This document shows, piece by piece, positions 9,385 to 22,200 of a stretch of DNA of 64,000 nucleotides. This DNA comes from a virus. The notes below the pieces were generated by a model that saw nothing but the letters and a program-made list of their open reading frames with translations, was not told the origin of the DNA and did not search any database. The translations under genes and the position numbers were made by a program. Position 1 is the stretch's first letter. Every line of letters begins with the position of its first letter. Location: IMG/VR virus record IMGVR_UViG_3300028394_000053, positions 1 through 64,000 of that record, one strand, 5' to 3'.

Positions 9385-10008
9385 TTATGCTCTACTCAAG
9401 TTAGTAAGAGTTTGGATTCGTAACGTGTAATCAATCTGTATTTGACGATTCAAACTTTTTTGCACAGGATGAAAGATTACATGGGTAATTAACAATAAAT
9501 CACCTGCACTGGGTCCAACTTTACATTGCAATCCCAGTTCATCAAACACGTATTCGCCATTGAAATTGGTGCTGTTATCAAAGGCCTGTTGTCCTGCTGG
9601 TTCACCGTAGTCTAGCAAACAGGTCACAATAATGTCGGTGTAAGGTTGTCCTGACGTGTGTACCACAGTCATGTAGTTGTTACCAGGGTCTTGATTGGCT
9701 GCGCTGTTATCATCCACTACTTTAACGTAGGTTTCGTTGTATAGACTTGCGTTAATGCCCACAGTATTGGGGGGCAAATAGGTTATAACTCCAGTAGGAT
9801 CTACTGCGCTACCACCGTTGCCAAATGCCATGTCATAGATAAATCCTCCGCCTTGTACCAAAGATCGGTCGCTTAGAGTACGAGCCATACAGATACTGAT
9901 ATTTTCATAGTGTATGGCATTCTTTTTATCTACTAAAATTTCGCCTGTTCTGGGGTCGTGTATTTTTACAAAACCTTCAATTTTTGTTAGTCCAGGAGTG
10001 ATTATCAT
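9385..10008 (-). CDS. Putative virion structural protein (tail/baseplate)
   Basis: 207 aa with MAFGNGG, FDELGL and THVIFHPVQKS motifs; inside the tail module. Confidence 0.55.
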   Translation of the reverse strand: MIITPGLTKIEGFVKIHDPRTGEILVDKKNAIHYENISICMARTLSDRSLVQGGGFIYDMAFGNGGSAVDPTGVITYLPPNTVGINASLYNETYVKVVDDNSAANQDPGNNYMTVVHTSGQPYTDIIVTCLLDYGEPAGQQAFDNSTNFNGEYVFDELGLQCKVGPSAGDLLLITHVIFHPVQKSLNRQIQIDYTLRIQTLTNLSRA

Positions 10009-10154
10009 GCTCGTTTCTCCACAAATACCTGCTTGGTTTGAGGATCCGAAATCCTTATATGTCCTTGTACTGAAATAGTTCCGGTATCGTTGGGACGACG
10101 CTGTGGGGTTTTTTCAGTAACAGTTTGTTTGGTTGTCTGGTTTTTATCAGTCAT
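10005..10154 (-). CDS. Small 49-aa protein below the ORF-track cutoff
   Basis: Hand translation MTDKNQTTKQTVTEKTPQRRPNDTGTISVQGHIRISDPQTKQVFVEKRA. TAAATA lies 4 nt upstream and the stop overlaps the next start (ATGA). Confidence 0.7.
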   Translation of the reverse strand: MTDKNQTTKQTVTEKTPQRRPNDTGTISVQGHIRISDPQTKQVFVEKRA

Positions 10155-10200
10155 ATTTTATTTAGCTTGTTTTACAGCCCCCGGAAAACCTTGGGGTATT

Positions 10201-13200
10201 TTAATAGTCTATCCAGGTTCCTCTGCGAACTAATATAGTTACAGCAACGCCATCTGGTGGTGCAGTATTCAGTGTGACTGATACTGGGGCTTGATTGGTT
10301 ACAATATAAGCTTCAGCAGGTGTGGAGAGTGGTTGCCAGTAATCAGTATTGCTTATTGCTGTGCCAGCTGGTACATTCTGTTTGGCACTGTAGAAACTGC
10401 CGCTGTTGACAACTATATCTTCAAATGAGTAGGTATTACCAATCACCCATGTAGTTGCTCCTGTTATTCGTAGTCCGCCCACATAAACTTCTACAGCTAC
10501 CGCAAGTGGTTGCCAGTAATCAGTGTTGGCGATTGCTGTGCCAGCTGGTACATTCTGTTTGGCACTGTAAAAACTGCCGCTGTTGATGACAATATCCCCA
10601 GATGTGTAGGTGTTACCAATTACCCAGGCAGTAGTTGATGTGCTTAGAGTGATGTTTGGAGCAGCAAATACTGTAGTGGATCCATTGGCCACGGTGGTGG
10701 TTTCCACAATGTAATTTTGATATTGTTGGCTAAACAAATTATCAGTGCCCATGTTGTAGACTGTTGCTCCATCGATGTGAGCCGTGATAGCCGTACCAGC
10801 AGTTCCTCTCAACAATCCACTAACTGTGTTGTTTGCCAGGTCAATTTCACGGTACATAATTCTTTCAGCACCAACAGTCAACACGCCCCATCGATTTGAA
10901 GCCAAATTTGGAACAGCCAAAGCGCCAGCATTGTCAACATAAATTATGTCATCGGTGGTGCCTAGGTCTTGAGCCAATTCAGTAGTAGTCTCATCATTGA
11001 TGATATAGGTCAATTGTAATCCACGCATGTCCTGGAATATTCTAAAATCAGCTCCGTTGGTTGGACCGCCGGTGGTATATACACGGAAATCCAAGGTATC
11101 AAATTCGCTACCGGGCACCAGTTCTTCTGGAGCATAACTGCTGAATACATCAATGTAGCCACCGCCATCAACATTGATATCAGTTGGACGTGTTCCCAGG
11201 AATGTGTCAAGATACGAACTGGAATACACAGCATCAAGTATGTCAGGATCAGCTATTATATCTTGATCAAAATTTGGAGCCATTACTTGCACACCTGGAT
11301 AATGATCACCTGCAATCAACAATGGCAAACTGAGTCCCAGCATGTTTGGAGTAGGAGTATAATAGCCCATGGTACGATCTACACCACTTAATAAAATAGT
11401 TGCGGTTCCAGTTCCTGTGCCTGCTCCTGTTGCAATGAACGGTGTTCCAACTATGTTTTGAGATGCACCAATCAAAGTAAAATTGGTTGGACTTGTGACT
11501 GTTCCTAAAGAAGTTATGGTATAGGTATTACCAGCCACAATGTCAACAGCGTCCACAGGAATAGTGATATCTGTCCATTGGTCTATGTTAAATGTGGCAC
11601 TTGAAACAGCACTGTTGGCAGACCAAACTAGGTTGTGCCAACGTACCCGATCTCCTTGCGCATAACTGTAATTGGCTTGCCATTCGTATATAGTAGTTTC
11701 ATATTGATAACGATCAAATCGAATTGTAATAGTAAAATTTCTTACCAACTGATTGGTCATGATTGGCACAGCTTGTGCGCCAGTTCCATTACCACCCACA
11801 AATGTTATAGCGGCTGTTGTTGTGTAGCCTGACCCAGGGTCGCTCACAATCACTGATTGTACACCACCTGTGCCACTGAGTGTGGCATACCCACTGGCAC
11901 CATTGCCAAACCAGGACAAGGTAGCTGTTCCGTTTAGGGCTGACCCGGACGTGAATGATGGAGGAATATTTCCTGTGGTTCCAGATGCAGTGACCGTGTA
12001 TAAATTATTGGTTGGACCACTAACATAAAAAATTTGTTGTCCAATAGTATAAACCGTATCAGCTTGCCATTCGGTTCCAAACACCACTTCAGGAACTACA
12101 TTATATCCAGATCCACCAGTTACTACAGTTGCACCGATAATGCTCAAGGTATAATTATTGAACCACGACTGCCAAGGAGTTTCTGTCCATATAGCTGCAT
12201 TTGGAGCGGTGTCACTGACAAATGATTCAACCAAGCTCACAGAGTCGGTGTAAGGGGTTAACACCGGACTTACAAACTGTGGGATTTCAACTGTGTTATC
12301 CCACCTGGCTGGTACGTCAAAGTCGCTCATTGATCCAGGATAGAGATCCAATCCATCATAGACCAAATTAAATGCTAGAGTTTGCACATGATAGGGTTTT
12401 ACTTCTTGTAGATATTGTTCCACAAAAGTTTGATTGTCTTGTTGATACAGCTGATACGCCTCCAGGGCACGCAGTTTATGATCCACATTGATAAAGCTGC
12501 TTTTCATTAACCAGACTGGGGCTGTAAATTCACTGTAGATATATTTGAACATCAATATCAATAGTTCATTGCGATATATCAAAAACTCATTAGTAAACAG
12601 TTCTTGATTAATAGCCTGAATAATTTTTCTAGTTTCAATTGTAGGAGCCTGGTCAAAGTATTGTGCATCATATACTTCGGCCGAAAAACCATAAGGACCA
12701 AGTGCATAATTCCATAGCACAGCATCAAAAGCAATAGTGCCATCTTCGAGTACCACACGTTCCCACCCAGTGTCAATTCTTAAATAAATTTCATATTTTC
12801 CTTGGCCGTTGTTATTGACCTGCACACTGCTGCCAATAGGTGCCTGATTGATACTTAATGCTTGTAGATCGGCTGTGATGGCAACCTGAGCAACAGGCTG
12901 TATTGAACTGTTGTATCCAGGCTGATTCCAGTTGATGTAACTCCAATATAACGATGTATCGTAATTTTGTATGCGAACCAACAAGGTAGTTCGAGTTGCA
13001 GTGATGTCTGTCAAGGGGTCAGTGACCACTTCGTATATGGTCCATCGTCCACCTTGGCTGCTGTCAGTCAAGACCAGATAACGATATCCTAGATTGACAG
13101 CGGCAAGATTTTGATAACCTAACACAGTCAAGTTAGAAACAACTTGATTATAACCAGTAGTACCAGTTATAGTGCGTGCTGTGATAGAGAGACTGGCACT

Positions 13201-16200
13201 GATTGTATATGTTCCTTCTCCGCCAGTTCCGGTTCCATAATCCAAGATTGTGACTAGACCAGGAATGCCGGTGCCGCTTATGGTTTGTCCTAAGGCAAAC
13301 ACTCCAGTGATTGTGCCAGCCACAGTCAATATGTTTCCAGAGATAGTGGCCGCTGTAGCTGTTGCTGTTGTGGCATTTGGAATACTTTCACTGCTGTTCA
13401 ACAGATTGAAAGTGCGTAACTCTGAGATAGGATATTGTGCCAGTATAGTATTAGCTCGGCCAAGATAGTTTTGTAATGCTGTATATCTGTTGACAAACAT
13501 GCTCTGCCGTGGACGGAATTGTACTCCGTAACGCAGACCTGGACTCAAGAATGGATCTGGAACCAAATTACCAGATACGTCTTCTCCACACAAACTGTCT
13601 TGTAATTTTTGATAGATTGAATCAGTAACAAAGCTGTCGGCTTTGCCTTCATTTACAAATTGATATTCAGTATGGATGTTAGCATTAGCACCACCAATCT
13701 GACGTTCATATTCAATGTGTAAAATTGTATCTTGAGCACTGATTAATCCTACCGCATTGTATAGTGCCACAGTACTAGAATTTAGTGCGGCTATATAAGG
13801 TAGACCGCTGCCAAGTGGATTGGCAATATAACTGGCAATGGCTGTGGTGCTTAAATTTTTTCCATTGGCTGTGTCTACAGTGTTGATTCCCCGTACCCAA
13901 TAATAGTAATAGCTGGCAAACACTCCATTGGCAGTCAGTATCGATGACACCGTATAACTAGTGGCACTTAATGGAGTTCCGATGCCAATATAACTAGCAG
14001 GAGGAACGTCACTTTGAATCCATTGATAAATGTCTACACGACTACCTGGAAATATCTGGCCCCAGCGTTTACTTGCGTACACAATATCATCTTGGTTGGG
14101 ATTGATAAATCTCACAGTGTCAGTGTCCCACCAAATTTCTCCCACATGAGCAGATCCCCAGGCAGTGCCGTTGTTGTGTATGGTTCCTGTATTGTAATTG
14201 GCTGGATCTACTGCACCAATGTAATTGATATTGCGAGCAGCCACTCCCAGTATCTTGCCTTGTAGTGGATCAATAAAGTCGTAATAGGTTTGAGTGCTGT
14301 TTAACAGTTTATCAAAACTGTATACACTATTCATCAGCTCAATGTTGACCACTGGCTGTTGTTCATGTATTACTGCCCAACTTGGCAAATTATTATTATT
14401 ATCAAATATAGACATTGACCCGTAGTTTGTGTTACTACTAGCTCCAAGATCTACACCAGGCGCACCCACAATCAGACGTCCATCCACATAGTTTACTGCT
14501 GTGCCAAATCGATCTGCAATACTTGTGCCAGCCTGTCCTGTTTCAATAAAAATAAGAGAATTCGTACTAGGTGCAGTTGCAAACACAACAAAATAAGTAG
14601 AAGAATAATAAGCGTAGTCGTAAGTGTCTGGTCCTAGGATTAAGAGCTCATTGTTTAAATAAACTTGTGGCGGATTTGTAATAGTATTATAAACAGAGTT
14701 TATATTATAAGTTCTTGTGGTTCCATCACCGACAAAAGTAAAAGTATCCAGTCGAGGCAATTGATAAATTTGTTGACCAAATACCAATTGTCCTGTGTTT
14801 GACACTGATGATTGAGCACTTGGCAAATAATCAAATGTATACGCTACACCACAGTTGGATACCGGATTACTAAAGAACGTGCTGTTATCGTCAACAATGG
14901 TTTCGCCACCATCAAAGCTCATGGCTTCATACACACTGCCGTTTGGTGCACCTATCACGATGTTGACACTGTCAGTATTGATACTGATTGCACTACCAAA
15001 AGAACTGTATCCAACTGGATTTGGACTGTATAGTGTTTGTGTATAGATAAAAGTATTAAATCCCAGTTCCGCAAATGCTGATCCTGTTCCGCCCACTCCA
15101 GGTAATACTGTGAGTTTGTTAAATTCTGGGGCCGATGAATTGTTAATAGTTGACAAAATCAATCGTCCTGTGACCACTGTTATTTTAACTCCTATTGCTG
15201 GAGCAGATACAAATTCAATTTGTTGAGAGGTGTTATTATAGGTGTAGCCAGAGCTTAATGCATTATTGACATAAACTACCGGGGTTGATCCAGCGGTACT
15301 ATACACCGTTCCTACAAAAAAGATTTTTGTAATACCATCCCCGGTGAATTCCAAATCAGCAGTCAATGAGGCTTGAACATTGGGTATGACAAATGATGCG
15401 TCCCAGTAGGCGCTTGAAGAACTAGGTACCTTCTCTGAACTTGATGCGGTAGCAATATAACAAACATAATTATAAATCACTCGATCATTGATATAATATT
15501 GTTTTGTAATAGACCATGCTACAGGACTGATAGCTGTTGCTAATCCAGACACAGTATTGTTAGGACTGTTAGGAACAGCAACTTCAATGTTGTTGATACG
15601 AATTGTAGTACCAGGAGTCAGGGTTGGGTTGGCAATAGTGCTGACTGTCACGCCATACAGTCTACTTTGATTGGCTTGTCGTTCAACACTACCATCTTGT
15701 TCAATGACATTGGTGTTGCTAGGAGCTCCGCTATAAAGACTACAATTATTAGAACACATGGCCACAGCATTTCCAAATCGTGCACCATTTTGTGGAGCCT
15801 GAGAAACTATTTTTTGTACAAACTGGAATTCATTGGTTTCAATTTCAATACTGTCTCCAATGGTCAGTGTAACAGAACTTGCTAATTCAATGTTGGACCC
15901 AACCACAGAGAACTGTCCTGGCACATATTGGGCCTCGTTGGTTAAAAATACATCATTGTGTAGTACCGAGATTGGATCAATTGACGTGCCAGGAATGGCA
16001 TAAATGGTCTGAGCGGTATCTGTTACCACATATCTAACTACACTACGATCAAACACATAGGTCGATCCTGCTGTCACAGTATTGCCTGCGGCATTTACGG
16101 CTGTGTCGTTTTGGGTACCAACAATTATACTTCTTCCGTCAGTGCTGGTTGCTAGGCTGGTGCCAAAAACAGCGTTGGCTGACAATGACAGACCAGCAGT

Positions 16201-19200
16201 AGGAAGAGTTGTAACATACTGCCAGTATGTGCCAGCAGTCACATTAATTACAGCGGCACTGGCAGGTTCTGATCCTGAATTAAAAGTTACATTTCCATCA
16301 TCAGAAAACACATAATCTATCCAAGGACGCTGAATTATTCCGTCAACAGTAATAGTACATGAATTGATATTTGTCGCAGTATTACCAACGGTGGCTGTAT
16401 ATAGATATGGTTGTAAATCATAGGTAGGATCACCCGATCCAGTACCGTCAAAAGATTGGAAAGCTCGTCGAGCGATCTCTAACTGAACACCAGCTGGCGG
16501 TGCTGTAGCAAACACCACGTTAGAGCTATCTAAGGGTATGGTATAATCAGCTGGATAAGATTGTGGTTGATTGTCAAGAATTACCGCTAATTGTTCAGGA
16601 TATGCTGGGTCGATAATCAAGTCAGGTGACCAGGCGTATGCTGTGCTAGTGCCATCGGTTGTGTAAGTCACTGACTGTTCTGGGATTTCTACCTTGCCGT
16701 AAGCATAAACTAAATTTTCAACTGGTGCACTAACATACATCCATCTTTCATCTTTGCTCATTGCTACTGCCGAGCCAAATGCTACAGCATTGGTTGTAAC
16801 TGCATTACTACTCAAGGCTGTTAATAGTTGTGTTTGCTCGTAATTGTTACTGCCAGGAATTTGATATACCACAGAAGCATATCCTTGACCACTGCGGCTG
16901 GTACTGGCACCAATGACTGCCCAATTGTTATCGCCCCATTCAAGACTATTTCCATATCCAGCTACATCTTCAGCTGGCAATGATAATACAATGTTGTTGG
17001 CGTATGTGCCAGCGTTGCCAGCTGACGCGATTCGACGATAGGTGTATACTGCGCCACCATCAGCGGCACTTGGACTACCTACTAGTAAACTATAATGATT
17101 GGTTGATTGTCCAATGCTGGTTCCATACAAACTATTGGTTTGAGGAGTTACAGCATTTTTACTTTCAGTCAAGGTGAAAGGCGCTTGTTTTTCTAATACT
17201 TCCCAATGGCCGGATCCGTTGTCATCGACCCAGGCCCGAGCACCAGGCACCAATGCATTTGCATATGGTAACGTGGCAACGTCACTGGCCTGACTGACTC
17301 TCATTGTTTGTAAAAACCATCCTAGGCCATTGCCAGTCAAGGTGGTTTGATTGTTATTGGTAAATGCATAGGCAATTATGATACTGGTCGGTGATGGTCG
17401 TCCTAGCACACGGTATACACCATCTACTCCGTCGGCAAAATAGCGTACAATAATCAAGTCACCAACAGCTAGAGTTGTAATCTGGCTGAACTGTGCAATA
17501 CTGGTACTGTTCAAGTTGTCTGTTATCTGGGTCAGTTTTCCAGGAATTTGAGTGCATCTATAGATATTCCAGTTATAAGGATTATCTCTAGCTACCCAAA
17601 TACTTGTGCCAGTTCCTACTGTGTTAAGATTGGCGGCAATAGCAGATGGGTCATCCAAGGTATAAACCGTTATATCCACATCGTCGATGTTGACATATCC
17701 AGCTGATGGCAATGCTGTGTTCTGGCTGGATGGATATATGGTTGGTAATATATCAGTTGATGTGATATTGTAGCTTTCACTCCAGAGATTGTTCAATAGC
17801 ACAGTTTGATTGGCCTGACTTGTTTGCCCTGGCAGAATAATTTGTACTGTGCTCGGGCTTCCAGTCAACTTGGCTTCATTGAGGTTAATTTCAAAATAAC
17901 TTCTATTACTGTTGGCACCATATGTTCCTATCAGCACACCCCAGGTTTCGTAAATCTGATAGTTACCGCTTTCTTTGGTCAAGTTTACACGAGTAAACAA
18001 GTCTGTGGCTCTTGTGGTTCCTTTGACTTTGATAAACTGTTGATAAAGATTGACCTGTGTAACATCATCAAGATTGAGATCGGCCATGTACTGCCGTGGT
18101 GTAAATCCAATCAAGTTATAGGCCAGCAAATCATTGTTGTTGTTTAAATTAGCAGTTTGTGTGTTGTAAGTGTTGGCCAATTGGTCAGCTTTGTTGGCCA
18201 GGTTAGGCAATAGTCCTTGCTCGATCAGAGCATAGTTACTTTTGAGCCAGTCATTGTAATCAAATTTGGTCTTTGGTTGTACCAGCCCACTGGCTTGCCA
18301 ATAGGTATTTTTATAGCGTACAATGTCACCTTTGGTATATCTCAAATTTGGATTCCATGCTTTGACATTGTTTTGATTTAGGATAAATCCTTTTGCATCA
18401 AGAGTGCCGTTCCATTCAACTGTATTAAATGCATTTAGATACATTCTGCTTTGTCTTGCTCCAGTTACTGGATCATAAATCAAATCATTGAATATATCGA
18501 CATTGTCAAAGATTACAATATTTTCATAATCAGTAAACCGTAAGTTCAAGAAACTGATGGCCTGATTGGCTGTAGGTTCTGGATTTATCTTAAAGCTATT
18601 TCCTTCACGCTGTATGATCAAATCTCTTGTGGGTATTGTCTGACGATTTTGATCCAGTAACTGATTTTCAGGACTATAACTATAAATGTCGTCAACGACT
18701 GATTCCAATCGATATGCTGTGAGTTGCCCTGCAGCCGGATTAAGATTGATCAAGGTACCGGTCTGCCAGCCTTGTTGACTAAAGTACAAGAACTCTTGAG
18801 CCATTTGTGGCCAATTTAGTGTGTAACCATTTTCCAATTCAGTAAAGGTCATACCTTGCGATTCAAGATACTGTCCATAACTTAATAAAAAGTCCACCAT
18901 CATGGTACGATTAGTAAACACATATCCATATGGAATGTTGGTCACATTGTTGGTGTACTGTGCTGGCACTTGTACTGTGGCACCACCGGCTGATACCGTT
19001 TGTAATTTTCCGTTTACTGCGCTGACTATGATTGGAAAGTATGGCTGGTAACTGCCATACCCATAAACTGCCCAACCGTTTTCCACAGTTTCAACTACCA
19101 CACTACTGTAGGTAATTTGTGCGTAGGGTTGATCTCGATAAACTAAAAGATTGTAACTTTCTGGAGGAATCTGTAAAGATTCATTTTGACTGTCTGGGCT

Positions 19201-22200
19201 GGACTTTTCAAGATACACTTCAAGATATTGTTGATCAGTCCAGGCTGCCATACGATAACATAACCGTACATCAAGATTGGCCAAATCAGTAGTCAGGGCT
19301 GTTGTGCTGTTGATACCACGTTGTTGATTGTAGTCAATGATCCAGTTGATATAGCTGGCTTTGCTGACACCATTGCCATAGATTTCTAATCCGTTGCCAT
19401 CAAGTCTGTAACGATTGTTGTAGAGATACTGTTCTAGTTCAGCATTGTAACGATAAAGATCTCGATCAGCAAACAAGGCAAAAAATTCAGCTGGTCTAGT
19501 TAGAGCCAACAGGCGCATTACTGCAAATGGATAACTTGAACTCATCCACCATGACGCTTCAACTGGACCACCGTCGCCTACTGTCCAGCTCTTGCGGAAG
19601 TCATTGGGATTGTACAATCCCACTACACTTTCAAGTGGCGGTAGTAGTTCTCCTAGGCTGTTGACTGGAATGACTGTGGTCAGCCCAGGTCTGGCAAAGT
19701 TGGGTTTGATGTATGGTGCTACTGGATCTGCCACAAGTCCTTGTTCAAGATCGCCCCATAGCACCAGGTTATCACTGGTATACGGAACTGGACCATAACG
19801 ATCTTCCCACCAGATGGGTTTTTCAGTAAAGCCCAACATTTCCCATGGAGTAGTGTTTGGTGTCATTGTATCGTAAAAATAACGATAGATGCCGCGCCAG
19901 GCTCCTTGATCTAGTACCGCATTGTTGATCCTGTTTCCAGCTGTGCTGTAGTTGTAGGTAAATGGGTTATTGGTCAAGTAATCTTGAGCGGTATAATCTA
20001 GTTTGTTTAGACCCACCCAGATTAAAAAGTCTTCGCCTAGGATCTTGGTTATTTCGGCTTCGGTATAATCTGTTGTGCGGAAGAAACCTGGTAACACTTG
20101 TTCCACAGTGATTGGAACAGGATTGCCATCTGTTTTAAGATTACTATAAATTCTGTTTTCAAATTCTAACAAGACCTGATCTCTAATGTCACCAAATGCT
20201 ACAGTAATGCTGCCATCGTGTCCTTGTATTACTGGCGTGGGTCTCACATAGTCAGTACTGATGTAAATACGCGGAATGTATTTAGGATACAAACCTAGCT
20301 TGGTAGGAGTGTTTGGTACAAAATTTCCGTAAGTAGGATTGTATTCGTTGATAGTAACTACATCTCCTACCACTAACGGAATTAAAATAGTCAAGGTAGG
20401 AGTTCCATCTCCAACCACATATTCCACGCCACGAGCGAGTAATCGATCGTTTACATACACCAACAGCCCCAAGTAATTAGACGTAGTAAAATCGTAAGTC
20501 TGTACAGTGTTAAATCTTGCTATGGTAATTGGTGTTACAGTGGTCGAGTTCGATGCCACTGTGGTTCCAGTGGGCAACATATCACTCCAGTAAAAAGGAC
20601 TGATGCTGGTGTCGCCTGCATTGATAATAGCAATTGACTGATCTACAATTTGAGGTATAGTTAAATTGACAAAGTCGTTTGTTATTGAAGTGTTTAATAA
20701 TAATGATTTAAACTTGATATACTCTCGGCTGTTAAACTGTAAAGCATTAAAAATATTGTATTCTTCACTGCGTAAAAAATATCCGGCCAAGGTAAGCGGA
20801 GCACTTTGTTGCAGTATCTGTAGACCATAAGGAACAATGTTGCCAAGGTCGCGACTGTTGTTGTTACCAATCACTGGTCCTTCAAGATTGATTAAATTTT
20901 GTCCAATGGTACTGTAATGATTTCTTGCAGTGCCCAGAGTAAACTGGTTGCTGTTGCCGTTGAATGGATTGTTTTCTAAGTTGACGGGCACTTGATAAAA
21001 TGCTGTGGCGCTTATTTGATCACTTAGCACTTGTATTTCTACTAGATCACCAACCACATAAGGCCGACGCAGAGTGATTGTTGTGGTTGTAGCCGTTGTA
21101 GTATACGAATAGGTGTAGTCACCTGTTGCGGTATCGTAGGGTTCTAAGAAGTTGGCATTGACAAATATCTGTATGGCTGGAACTACGGTATTGGCGTTGA
21201 CTGCTAGGTCTAATTGTAGTGGGCGGCCATCGTAGGCAAATCTAAACTGTTGTCTAATTTGACTTTGTACCGCAGCATCTTGCCAGCCAATTTCTCTTTG
21301 GAAAACAATTCGATCTTGATACTGTCTTACAAACCCTGTGCTAAGTGCTGTGGTAAATCCTTGGCTGTTGGATGTGTAATTAAAACTGTCGCTGTACAAA
21401 TTGTTATCAAATACTATGTCACCAATGTTGGAAAGATTAAGATAGGATAATGGAAATCCTAAAACTACATCATTTGATCCAGTACCTACAGCATAGCTGA
21501 ATAACTTACTACCAACAAAGTTACTACTTGGGTAGGTAGATTGATTGCCAAAACTTACGCCACTGGCATTGTAGATGTTGAACAGTGGAGCTTGATTTAC
21601 TGAAGTTTTTTGTTGTGTTTGAAGCCAGTTGACTCCGTCAAAGTAAAAACTGACACCGGTGAGTGTATCACCATCCAGGCACACAGTTGTTTGATCATAG
21701 ACCACAGTTGCAATGGGCACTAGATTGATAATTGGTTCTGGGATCAGCGGAGGTATTGTGTCTGGTGTAATAAATTCAACTTGATAAACTTTATTACGAA
21801 CTGCAAGATCTTCATCACCAGCAAAAATTATAGTACTACCTTGAACTACTGTATAACCGTCGGTAATAAATTCCTCTTGGCCTTCAACTGTTGTCAAGGC
21901 GTCCTCTTGAGAAAAGTCCACAATGTTGACCGGTTGCAAACCTTGCGTTCCAAAGTCAAATAATCTAGTTCCTGCTCTAAATTCCAATATCGGGCGCTTG
22001 GCCCGAAATGCTTGATCTAGCACCGGAGGATTTGTGTCTGAGTTGTATTGAGCTGTTTGTTCAACCACATCTACATGAAACCATCTATTGCTTCTTGACC
22101 AAGGATTTAGATCTGGGCCGGCTCTATTAATCGTAAGATAATCAGGCGCCACAGGAGATCCTGGAATATAAGTTTCAGGAGTTACAAAATCTGTAACTGG

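Noticed and set aside
10328-10636. Diversity-generating retroelement TR/VR pair
   Set aside because: Both copies are in-frame within one gene, the differences are not adenine-specific, and no reverse transcriptase is present in the window.
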